The position numbers and the translations under genes are program-made. Of a stretch of 64,000 nt of DNA, positions 1 through 8,608 are shown piece by piece. This DNA comes from an uncultured Saprospiraceae bacterium. Lineage in GTDB: Bacteria; Bacteroidota; Bacteroidia; Chitinophagales; Saprospiraceae. The DNA is taken from positions 9,046 through 73,045 of the forward strand of contig CALLVY010000588.1 in NCBI GenBank assembly GCA_938015925.1. Direction: 5' to 3'. Each line of letters begins with the position of its first letter. Position 1 is the first letter of the stretch. Under the pieces are notes generated by a model. The model did not search any database. It was not told the origin of the DNA and worked only from the letters and a program-made list of their open reading frames with translations.

Positions 1-2
1 CC

Positions 3-3000
3 ACCATCCAAGCCCCCATTGCCAATCACCTGCGAGTGATGGAAGAGGAGATTGAAAACAATAAATTCGGAGGAGAGGTAACGACCTTTTATAAAACGAG
101 TACAGATCCAGTACAAATATCGGAGTCAGAAGAAATTTTTGAGCTGATTAATAATGGAGTATCTATACTTACCTTTTTCGGTCACTCCGGAGTAGGTACC
201 TTTGATTTTAACATTGATAACCCAGATAATTATTTCAATTATGGAAAATACCCACTCATGTTTTCCTTGGGGTGTTTTTCTGGAAATATTCATTCTTCCG
301 CGGTAGGGATTAGTGAACGCTTCGTCTTTTATGAAGACAAGGGAGCGATCTCTTTTATAGCTTCTACCGGGCAAGGATATATTTCTGTTCTTAGTCGATT
401 TGCAGAACGGTATTATAGCTTACTTGGAGACGAAATGTACGGAGAGGGAATAGGAGATGTAATGAAAAAAACGATTGAGACCTTTGACGCAGAGAAAAGT
501 CGAACGGTTGAAACACTGCACCAACAATTTACCCTCCACGGCGATCCTGCGATGCGCTTAAATCCAAGACCAGGGCCGGACTATGTAGTGGACGCCAGTA
601 CTGTTTCTTTTGAACCTTCTACAGTGAGTTCTCTTTTGGATAGCTTCGCAATAAACTTTGAAGTCAATAATATTGGAAGAAACGTTTCGGATTCGTTTTA
701 CATTAAAATAGAACAACAATTACCCACAGGAGATGAAGTTGTTTTGGTGTTAGAAAAAATCAAAGCGCCAGGTTTTGGAAATAAACTGACTTATAAAGTA
801 CCCAACTTTGGAGTCATTGCTTCTGGGCAAAATAGAATTTTCATCACCCTGGATGTAGAGGGAGATATTGAAGAATTGCCCAGTCCTATCGCAGAGATGA
901 ACAATGAATTGTTTAATGGAAATGGTGTAAAAGGAATCTCTCTGTTTATTACAGACAATAGTGCGAAAACCATTTATCCAGAAGAGTTTGCAATTGTGAA
1001 TAGCCCCAAAGTAACTCTAAAATCTTCGACCCGAAATACGATGGTGGGGGAACAAAAGTATATTTATCAGATTGATACGACTGAGCTTTTTAATAGTCCA
1101 TTGCTACAAACCGAAGAATTGACTCAAATTGGTGGAATCATTGAATGGGAACCCGGGTTTAATTTAGAAGATGGAAACGTTTATTATTGGCGAATCAGTC
1201 CTGATAGCATAAACACAGAAGTAGGTTATGTCTGGAATACCAGTTCTTTTATTTACCTGGAAGGCCAAAAAAAGGGTTGGAATCAGTCTCACTATTACCA
1301 GTTTAAAAAAGATCAGTTTGAAGGTATGGGAGTAGAGAAAGGAGAGGAATTTGAGTTTTGGGTAAACGGGATTTTTTATACCATAAAGAATAAGGTGAAA
1401 GAGCCTAATGGGAGCCCAGAGTTTAACTATAACTTTGATACGCCAGCCAACTCGGTAAGACCTTGGGATTATACAACTTCAGGAATGGCTGTTTTTGTCG
1501 GCGATTCTACCACTGGTCTTGGTTGGCAGAATCCTCCTGGAGGTGAGTATGGATCCATTAACCCAGTAAATGGAACTACTCGTGTTTTTGCCTTTCCTAC
1601 CTCAACAGTGGGAGAACGAGAAGCATTTATTAATTTTCTCGATAATGTTGTTCAGAAAAATAATTATGTTTTTGTTTTTTCCTTTTTACAGAATAATACC
1701 GTTGAATTTTATCCGGAGGACTGGGCGCAAGATTCGACCGTTCTTGGAACCAATATTTTTCAATATTTGGAATCTCAAGGAGCAACACTGTCACGAAATT
1801 TAGAAAACTTAGGATCGGTGCCTTACACCTTTATTTACAAAAAAGGAGGAGAAGTCTTGTCAGAAAAAATAGCCATAACAAAAGGGGAGACAATTGTTTC
1901 TGAGGTATTTCTGCCCGTTCTGAGTGATGAAGGAAATATTGTTACTGAAAAAATTGGCCCTGCTATTAAATGGGAAACTCTATCTTGGGATTATGGAAGT
2001 TTTGACCCCTTAGAAGACACGATTTCAGTATCGGTTTATGGTGTAGATCAAGCAAATAATGAGGTATTATTAATTCAACCTTCAATCGATAAAGAAATTT
2101 CATTAAGCACGGTCGACCCAGCCATATATCCCTACCTAAAACTAGTATATCAATCAAAAGATATTATTAATCGTAGTTCGCCTAATCTCAAATTTTGGCG
2201 AGTCCACTACCAAGGTATTCCGGAATCTGCGATCAATCCCAATAAAACTTTACAAGTATACAATGATACGCTCCAGGAAGGAGAAACTTTTGTTTTTGAA
2301 ACAGCAATAGAAAACATCGGCGGCTACAATATGGATAGCCTTTTAGTGAAATATACTATCACCGATAATACCAATAATAGTAAGGTGAAAACAGAAAGAC
2401 TTGCTCCATTATTGAAAGACAATAGTCTAATGGCTACTTATTCTTTTCCTACCCGTGGTCTAAATGGCTCAATCAATTTTTCTATGGAGGTCAATCCAGA
2501 TGATGATCAACCGGAGCTATATCGATTCAATAATTTTGCGAATTATCAATTTTTGGTAAAAGAGGATAAGCGAAACCCACTCCTGGATGTCACCTTCGAT
2601 GGAACCCATATCATGGATGGAGATATCGTTTCTGCAAAACCAGAAATTCTTATCGCACTCAAAGATGAAAATCCTTATCTGCGCTTGGAAGATACGGCAT
2701 TGGTAAAAGTCTACCTCACCAATCCATTGGGGGAGAAACGACAATTTTATTTCTCCAGCGATACCGCAAGTTTCTATCCGGCTACAAATGATAAAAATCG
2801 AGCAATAATAGAAATTAATCCTGAACTAAAAATGGATGGAATGTACGAATTGATCGTACAAGCTCAGGATGTTACCGGCAATCAATCTGGAGATCTGGAT
2901 TATAAAATTAATTTTGAAGTAATCACCAAGAAATCCATCTCCAACGTACTCAATTATCCTAATCCATTTTCTACTTCGACCCAGTTTGTCTATACACTAA

Positions 3001-3284
3001 CCGGAGACGAAACGCCTCACCATTTTAAGATTCAAATCCTAACGGTCTCCGGAAGAATCGTCCGAGAAATTACCGAACAGGAACTAGGCCCACTAAAAGT
3101 AGGAACGCATCGAACCGACTACACTTGGGACGGAACGGATGAGTACGGGCAGCGATTGGCCAATGGGGTTTATCTCTATCGAGTCGTTGCTAAGAATATC
3201 AATGGCGAAGATTTTGAAAAATACGAAACGAATACCAACCAGTTTTTCCAGAATAATTTTGGGAAAATGGTAATTTTGCGATAA
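3..3284 (+). CDS. Peptidase C25 (gingipain/PorU-like) family protein with T9SS C-terminal sorting domain; 5' end lies outside the window
   Basis: The frame is open from nt 3, with no stop upstream of the listed GTG at 36, so the gene enters from the left edge. 'FFGHSGVGTFDF' and 'MFSLGCFSGN' about 25 aa apart fit the C25 His/Cys dyad. The last ~80 aa ('NYPNPFSTSTQFVYTL...ANGVYLYRVVAKN...GKMVILR') look like a Bacteroidota type-IX secretion CTD. Confidence 0.7.
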   Translation, partial: TIQAPIANHLRVMEEEIENNKFGGEVTTFYKTSTDPVQISESEEIFELINNGVSILTFFGHSGVGTFDFNIDNPDNYFNYGKYPLMFSLGCFSGNIHSSAVGISERFVFYEDKGAISFIASTGQGYISVLSRFAERYYSLLGDEMYGEGIGDVMKKTIETFDAEKSRTVETLHQQFTLHGDPAMRLNPRPGPDYVVDASTVSFEPSTVSSLLDSFAINFEVNNIGRNVSDSFYIKIEQQLPTGDEVVLVLEKIKAPGFGNKLTYKVPNFGVIASGQNRIFITLDVEGDIEELPSPIAEMNNELFNGNGVKGISLFITDNSAKTIYPEEFAIVNSPKVTLKSSTRNTMVGEQKYIYQIDTTELFNSPLLQTEELTQIGGIIEWEPGFNLEDGNVYYWRISPDSINTEVGYVWNTSSFIYLEGQKKGWNQSHYYQFKKDQFEGMGVEKGEEFEFWVNGIFYTIKNKVKEPNGSPEFNYNFDTPANSVRPWDYTTSGMAVFVGDSTTGLGWQNPPGGEYGSINPVNGTTRVFAFPTSTVGEREAFINFLDNVVQKNNYVFVFSFLQNNTVEFYPEDWAQDSTVLGTNIFQYLESQGATLSRNLENLGSVPYTFIYKKGGEVLSEKIAITKGETIVSEVFLPVLSDEGNIVTEKIGPAIKWETLSWDYGSFDPLEDTISVSVYGVDQANNEVLLIQPSIDKEISLSTVDPAIYPYLKLVYQSKDIINRSSPNLKFWRVHYQGIPESAINPNKTLQVYNDTLQEGETFVFETAIENIGGYNMDSLLVKYTITDNTNNSKVKTERLAPLLKDNSLMATYSFPTRGLNGSINFSMEVNPDDDQPELYRFNNFANYQFLVKEDKRNPLLDVTFDGTHIMDGDIVSAKPEILIALKDENPYLRLEDTALVKVYLTNPLGEKRQFYFSSDTASFYPATNDKNRAIIEINPELKMDGMYELIVQAQDVTGNQSGDLDYKINFEVITKKSISNVLNYPNPFSTSTQFVYTLTGDETPHHFKIQILTVSGRIVREITEQELGPLKVGTHRTDYTWDGTDEYGQRLANGVYLYRVVAKNINGEDFEKYETNTNQFFQNNFGKMVILR

Positions 3285-3301
3285 TATTACCCTATAAAAT
3301 T

Positions 3302-3348
3302 AAAGAAGGTGCAAGTGGAGAAGTCCTCCACTTGCACCTTCTTTTTTT
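3302..3348 (+). terminator. Rho-independent terminator after the C25-like gene
   Basis: Perfect 19-bp stem (3302-3320 'aaagaaggtgcaagtggag' pairs with 3326-3344 'ctccacttgcaccttcttt'), 5-nt loop, then a T-run at 3345-3348. Confidence 0.85.
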
Positions 3349-3443
3349 GGTATATCTACTGATAAAGTCTAGCTTTACCGATCAGAAAATGAAAGACGAA
3401 GGATTTAACTTTTATACCTGAACAAAAAGAATGAGAAGACGAT

Positions 3444-4574
3444 ATGATTCCTTTTAATATCCCTTATGTATCCGGAAAGGAGATGGCCTGCATTGAAGAT
3501 GCCATTCAGAGGAAGAACCTTGCAGGTGAAGGCTTTTATACAAAGGCTTGCCAGGAAGAGTTGCAAAAAATCACCAAAGCTAAGCGGGTATTATTGACAC
3601 CCAGTTGTACCCATGCGCTGGAATTGACCGCCTTATTACTTGATTTGAAAGAAGGAGATGAGGTAATTATGCCTTCTTTTACTTTTGTCTCGACAGCCAA
3701 TGCCTTTGTTTTACGAGGTGCGGTTCCTGTATTTGTAGATCTCCGGGCAGATACCATGAATATTGATGAAAGATTAATTGAAGCGGCCATTAGTCCTAAA
3801 ACCAAAGCTATTGTCGTCATGCACTACGCTGGAGTAGCCTGCGAAATGGAGGAGATTATGGCCATCGCCAATCGCCACAATATAAAAGTAATCGAAGATG
3901 CTGCGCAATGCCTGGGAGGTTATTACCGTGGAAAACATTTGGGAACAATCGGTCATTTTGGGACTTTCAGTTTTCATTCTACCAAGAATATCCATTGTGG
4001 AGAAGGAGGTGCTTTATTGATCAATGATCAGAGTTTGATTGAACGGGCAGAGATTATCCGGGAAAAAGGAACCAATCGGAATCAGTTTTTATTGGGAATG
4101 GTCGACAAATATTCTTGGGTAGATGTTGGTTCGAGTGTTTTATTAGGAGAATTGAATGCTGCTTTTTTATTTGCTCAACTGCAGGAATTAGAAACACTAA
4201 CCCAAAAGCGACAACAAATTTGGGAAAGGTATTTACAAAAATTAGCAGGACTAGCAACTGAAATCGGGCTTCCCAAAGTACCGAAAGATTGTAAACACAA
4301 TGGACATATTTTTTACCTCAAATGTCGAAATACCGAAGAGCGAAAAGATTTGATAGATCACTTAAAGAAACAGGAAATATCTTCGGTTTTTCATTATGTG
4401 CCTTTGCATAGTTCTTTGGCTGGACATAAATTTGGTTATTTTCATGGAGCAGACAAATATACAAGTATAGAGAGTGGTCGCTTATTGCGATTGCCATTAT
4501 TTCCCGACCTTGAAGAAGAAAGCCAAGATAGAATTACGACCTTGGTTTTGGATTTTTATCAAAAGTCTCTATAA
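3444..4574 (+). CDS. wecE: dTDP-4-amino-4,6-dideoxyhexose (WecE/RffA-type) aminotransferase, DegT/DnrJ/EryC1 family
   Basis: Near-collinear with E. coli WecE as I remember it: 'MIPFNIPYV', 'VLLTPSCT', 'GDEVIMPSFTFVSTANAFVLRGA', 'FSFHSTKNIHCGEGGALLIND' (PLP lysine), 'ERAEIIREKGTNR', 'RLLRLPLF'. Confidence 0.85.
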   Translation: MIPFNIPYVSGKEMACIEDAIQRKNLAGEGFYTKACQEELQKITKAKRVLLTPSCTHALELTALLLDLKEGDEVIMPSFTFVSTANAFVLRGAVPVFVDLRADTMNIDERLIEAAISPKTKAIVVMHYAGVACEMEEIMAIANRHNIKVIEDAAQCLGGYYRGKHLGTIGHFGTFSFHSTKNIHCGEGGALLINDQSLIERAEIIREKGTNRNQFLLGMVDKYSWVDVGSSVLLGELNAAFLFAQLQELETLTQKRQQIWERYLQKLAGLATEIGLPKVPKDCKHNGHIFYLKCRNTEERKDLIDHLKKQEISSVFHYVPLHSSLAGHKFGYFHGADKYTSIESGRLLRLPLFPDLEEESQDRITTLVLDFYQKSL

Positions 4575-4576
4575 AT

Positions 4577-5620
4577 ATGCGTGTCATTTTTGGAGTAGGG
4601 CATTTATCAAACTTTGGTATGGAGGTGCTCCGGAACGTATTGGATCATCCTTATTTTCAAATCGATACCATCGTCATTGCGGATTGCGACCGTTGGATCT
4701 TTTTTGAGAAAAAACTGGCTCCCAACAAGAGGTTTAGTCTGCGCAGTTTTAAAAAAACATACAAAAGAAAGACCAGAGAGGTACAACAATTATTGCAAGC
4801 AGGTAAAAAGGAGATAAATATAATTTCAGTAGGAAATATGGAGGAGCTGAAAGAAAAAGGGATCGCGGAAAAAGGTTATTATTTATTTACAGCTGCATAT
4901 CCCCAAATATTTTCCAAAGCTCTATTGAATGCTTTCGACGGCCGAGCGGTGAATTTCCATCCGTCTTATTTGCCACGATGCCGCGGAGCAGATCCCGTTT
5001 ATTGGACGATTGCGACTAGAGAAGATTTTGGAGGAATTAGCAGCCATTTTATGCTGCCCCAAATTGATACCGGACCAATCATTGCCCGACTAAAGATCGC
5101 TTTTAATCCCCAACAAATCACCTATGATTTATTATACGGTGAGGTCTATAAACATATTTTTCCCTTGCTCGATGAGATGGAGACCTTTTTTAAAAACAAT
5201 CAAGAAGCGATCCCACAGGAAGATAAGGACGCTACCTACTTTCGACAAAATACAAGGATACATCATCGAATATATTGGGGAAAAGAATCGATGGAAGAGC
5301 TTTGTGCAAAAATTAGAGCAGGCAGTGCTTTAGCCTACCTGGATACAGGGCAGGAATTGAATTTTTTGCCGCCAGTAAATAAGGTTGCACTTGTAAATCT
5401 ATCTTCAGAGGAAGCGATAAAAGAAGACCAGCCAGGGATGATTGTCAAAAAAGAAGGAGCAATAATTTATGTTCGTTGTCTCGATGGTTATATAAAATCA
5501 AGACAAGCACTAAAGAAAAACAAATGGAGTCGATTGTGGGATAAAATTCCAGGTTTGAATTTATTCGCGTCTCCCTTTTTGGCAATATCTAAAATTAAAG
5601 TGGGCACTAGATTACATTGA
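4577..5620 (+). CDS. Sugar N-formyltransferase-like protein (Fmt/ArnA-type formyltransferase fold with extra C-terminal domain)
   Basis: 'AVNFHPSYLPRCRGADPVYW' matches the N-x-H...'HPSLLPxxRG' formyltransferase core, and the downstream 'QIDTGPIIA' matches the catalytic Asp motif. The start lies 2 nt after the wecE stop. Confidence 0.6.
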   Translation: MRVIFGVGHLSNFGMEVLRNVLDHPYFQIDTIVIADCDRWIFFEKKLAPNKRFSLRSFKKTYKRKTREVQQLLQAGKKEINIISVGNMEELKEKGIAEKGYYLFTAAYPQIFSKALLNAFDGRAVNFHPSYLPRCRGADPVYWTIATREDFGGISSHFMLPQIDTGPIIARLKIAFNPQQITYDLLYGEVYKHIFPLLDEMETFFKNNQEAIPQEDKDATYFRQNTRIHHRIYWGKESMEELCAKIRAGSALAYLDTGQELNFLPPVNKVALVNLSSEEAIKEDQPGMIVKKEGAIIYVRCLDGYIKSRQALKKNKWSRLWDKIPGLNLFASPFLAISKIKVGTRLH

Positions 5621-5642
5621 GCTTAAAAACAATCATTCAACT

Positions 5643-6458
5643 TTGATCAGGAAAATCATAAAAAAGGGATTGAACACTTTGGGATATGAATTAAAACGCA
5701 TTGCCCCAGAAAAAAAGCATGGCCTTGACTTATTAGAAGAAGCGGAGCTTGCTGCTCAAAAAGTAGCGGAATATACCATGCTTTCTTTTCTAAAATTAGG
5801 CAGCTTATATGAACAGGTGGCCTACTGCGAAAAAAATAATATTCCCGGTGCTTTGGTAGAATGTGGTGTTTGGAAAGGAGGAGCAGTTGGGGTAATGGCT
5901 CTGGCTAATTTGAAATACGGTAGCAAGAGAAGGCCAATATATTTGTTTGATTCCTTTGACGACATTTGCGAACCAGATCCGGAAATAGATGGCGCTTTAG
6001 CCGTCAAAGATGTAGAAGATTTATTGGGTAAAAAAGTAGAAAACCTAAGCGGACGAAGCACCCCGATTAAAGGAGTCTATGATAGTAGGGGAGGGCACGG
6101 CACCATTGCTATCTGCAAAACCTTATTAGTAGATCAGTTGAAATACGAAGAATCCATGATTCGCTTTTGTAAAGGCTGGTTTGAAGATTCTCTACCGAAA
6201 GAAGCTCCGCAAATCAATCAAATTGCGGTACTACGATTAGATGCAGATTGGTATAAATCAACCAAGATTTGTTTGGATTATTTATACGACAAAGTAGTCC
6301 CCGGAGGCTTTATCATCATTGATGATTACGGCCGTTATAAAGGTTGTAAAAAGGCAGTGGAAGATTTTTTTGAAGAAAGAAAAATTCGCCCTTTTTTGTA
6401 TTACGCAGATCACCAACACGGAGAATGTCGATTTTTTATTAAACAAAATCAATACTAA
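5643..6458 (+). CDS. TylF/MycF-family (macrocin-type) SAM-dependent O-methyltransferase
   Basis: 'GALVECGVWKGGA', 'LRLDADWYKST' and 'GGFIIIDDYG' are TylF-family signatures. TTG start. Confidence 0.75.
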   Translation: MIRKIIKKGLNTLGYELKRIAPEKKHGLDLLEEAELAAQKVAEYTMLSFLKLGSLYEQVAYCEKNNIPGALVECGVWKGGAVGVMALANLKYGSKRRPIYLFDSFDDICEPDPEIDGALAVKDVEDLLGKKVENLSGRSTPIKGVYDSRGGHGTIAICKTLLVDQLKYEESMIRFCKGWFEDSLPKEAPQINQIAVLRLDADWYKSTKICLDYLYDKVVPGGFIIIDDYGRYKGCKKAVEDFFEERKIRPFLYYADHQHGECRFFIKQNQY

Positions 6459-6462
6459 AAAT

Positions 6463-7143
6463 TTGTTCGGGATAGTCAATAGTCAAGCACATAATGTTTT
6501 GGTTCAGGGGATTATTCAAAAGAACCTGCTGATTGCTGCAAAGCAATACCTTAAAGGCGATATGATTGATATCGGTTGTGGGAAAAAACCCTATGCGGAA
6601 GTATTAAGTCCTTTTCTAAATCGACACGTTGGTCTGGATCATGAAGAAACTTTTCACGATCTCGGCAATATTGATTTATTTGGTACCGCTTATGAAATTC
6701 CTACGGATTCTAATGTTTTCGATTCCGCCCTTTGCAGTGCCGTTTTAGAACATTTGGAAGAACCAGAACAAGCTTTGCAAGAATGCAACCGGGTACTAAA
6801 AGTTGGTGCTTATGCCGTTTACTTTATTCCCTTCATTTGGCACATCCACGAAGAACCAAGAGATTTTTATCGATATAGTAAGTACGGCATTAAATACCTT
6901 TTTGAAAAAACTAATTTTGAAATAATAGAGTTAAAAGCCCTCTCCGGATTTTGGGTCACCTTTGGTCAATTATTCGTCTACTACCTTTATCGATTCAATC
7001 GTGGGCCTTTGCGTTGGTTTAAAATAATAAACCTGTTGGGTTTACTGATTCAAGGTTTTGTTTATTTAATCAATAAAATAGATCGGACCGAAAAATGGAC
7101 CTGGATGTATATGGTCGTCGCAAAAAAGAAAGATGAGTCTTAA
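6463..7143 (+). CDS. Class I SAM-dependent methyltransferase (Methyltransf_11-like) with hydrophobic C-terminal tail
   Basis: 'MIDIGCGKKPY' (motif I) and 'VLEHLEEPEQAL'. The listed ATG at 6319 would overlap the TylF gene by 140 nt. A TTG at 6463 sits in the same frame, 5 nt after the TylF stop, and is the more plausible start. This start choice is unverified. Confidence 0.55.
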   Translation: MFGIVNSQAHNVLVQGIIQKNLLIAAKQYLKGDMIDIGCGKKPYAEVLSPFLNRHVGLDHEETFHDLGNIDLFGTAYEIPTDSNVFDSALCSAVLEHLEEPEQALQECNRVLKVGAYAVYFIPFIWHIHEEPRDFYRYSKYGIKYLFEKTNFEIIELKALSGFWVTFGQLFVYYLYRFNRGPLRWFKIINLLGLLIQGFVYLINKIDRTEKWTWMYMVVAKKKDES

Positions 7144-8608
7144 AGCAAAAGTAGTAAGCGGTATAAAATGGACCTCTCTCGGAGCCGTGTTGACTACGGG
7201 TATCCAGTTTTTCCAAAATATCGTGATGGCTCATTTACTAAACCCAACAGATTTTGGACAAATGGCATTGGTCGCACTTTGTGTAGGTTTACTTTTTCCT
7301 GTTTTTGATTTTGGCTTGAGTGCCGCCGTGATTCAAAGCAAAGAAATTAATCGACTACAACTTTCTACGCTTTATTGGATCAATATTTTTTTGGGATTTT
7401 GTTGTTCTTTATTATTGTTTTTGGCTGCACCTTTTATCGCTACTTTTTTTGAAGATGAAGCATTGAAATGGTTTTTACAAGTAGCTGCTATCCATTTTAT
7501 CTTAGTAGGCTGGGGCACTTTATATGCAGCATTGATTGCTAAAAATTTATTATTTGATTTACAAAATAAAATTGCCATTGCAGCAGCAATCCTTGCATTT
7601 ATCACTGCGGTCTTGTTGGCCCTAAATGGCTATGGAGTCTGGTCTTTGATTTTTGCTTTTTTGGTACAAAATGTAACAACTAGTTTGTTAAACATCTTAG
7701 CAGGGTTCCGACTTTTCCGACCTCAATTTTCTTATCAATTTTCTGCCGTTTCCAAATTACTCAATTTCGGTTCTTTCTACGCGGCCAATAATATCATCAA
7801 TTTTTTAAGTGCCAATCTGGACAAAATTGTCATTGGCAAATTTTTAGGTACAGAGGCTTTGGGCTTATATAGTTTGGTTTGGAATTTGGTCTTGATGCCT
7901 GTTCGAAAACTCAATCCAATCATTACCAATGTTGCCTTTCCCGTATTTTCCAAAATTCAGGACGACCCGAAATCTGTGAGTAAATATTATACCCAGATGA
8001 TTAGTAGCCTGATGGTGATTACCTTACCCTTGCTTTTGATTCTGTCCTTATTGGCCGAAGATTTTTTGTTCTACTGGTATGGCGAAAAATGGATGGCCGC
8101 ATCGATGACGCTGTCTATCTTGGCTTTTGTGGGAATATTAAAAAGCTTTGCTAATCCTGGAGGAACCTTATTTGTCGCTAAGGGCTGGGCCAATTTATTG
8201 TTTTACTGGAATTTGGTTTGGACGATTGCTTTATTTGCTTCGCTTTATTTGGTACTGGAATATTGGCCGAGTATAGAATCCATTGCCATCATGCAAGTAG
8301 GCCTAGGCTTGACCTTGGGTTTGGTTTGGCATTGGATGATTATTAAATATGGAAGAATTGATTATCGACCCATTCTAAAAAAAGTATTAGGCTTACTGCT
8401 TTTTATTATTCCACTTTACTTGACCTATTTGGGGATAGAAAATTGGCTGACTTGGGATTCACTACTTACTTTTTTTGTAAAAATATTTATTGGTTTAAGT
8501 CTGTATTTGCTTTATTTATTCCTTTTCTTTAAGGGAGAAATTTTGGTCTTTAAATCTTTATTTTCTTTGACCACGGAAAAATCAAAGAATCAATCTTTAC
8601 CTAAATAA
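7133..8608 (+). CDS. wzx: Wzx-type oligosaccharide flippase (MOP/PST family), copy 1
   Basis: 491 aa and about 12-14 hydrophobic segments. The N-terminus 'VVSGIKWTSLGAVLTTGIQFFQNIVMAHLL.P.DFG' is typical of PST-family flippases. It overlaps its neighbours at both ends. Confidence 0.75.
   Translation: MSLKAKVVSGIKWTSLGAVLTTGIQFFQNIVMAHLLNPTDFGQMALVALCVGLLFPVFDFGLSAAVIQSKEINRLQLSTLYWINIFLGFCCSLLLFLAAPFIATFFEDEALKWFLQVAAIHFILVGWGTLYAALIAKNLLFDLQNKIAIAAAILAFITAVLLALNGYGVWSLIFAFLVQNVTTSLLNILAGFRLFRPQFSYQFSAVSKLLNFGSFYAANNIINFLSANLDKIVIGKFLGTEALGLYSLVWNLVLMPVRKLNPIITNVAFPVFSKIQDDPKSVSKYYTQMISSLMVITLPLLLILSLLAEDFLFYWYGEKWMAASMTLSILAFVGILKSFANPGGTLFVAKGWANLLFYWNLVWTIALFASLYLVLEYWPSIESIAIMQVGLGLTLGLVWHWMIIKYGRIDYRPILKKVLGLLLFIIPLYLTYLGIENWLTWDSLLTFFVKIFIGLSLYLLYLFLFFKGEILVFKSLFSLTTEKSKNQSLPK

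Noticed and set aside
6319-6462. ATG at 6319 as the start of the second methyltransferase
   Set aside because: It would overlap the TylF-like gene by 140 nt in another frame, and the N-terminal 48 aa look non-protein-like. An in-frame TTG at 6463, right after the TylF stop, is more plausible, though unproven.
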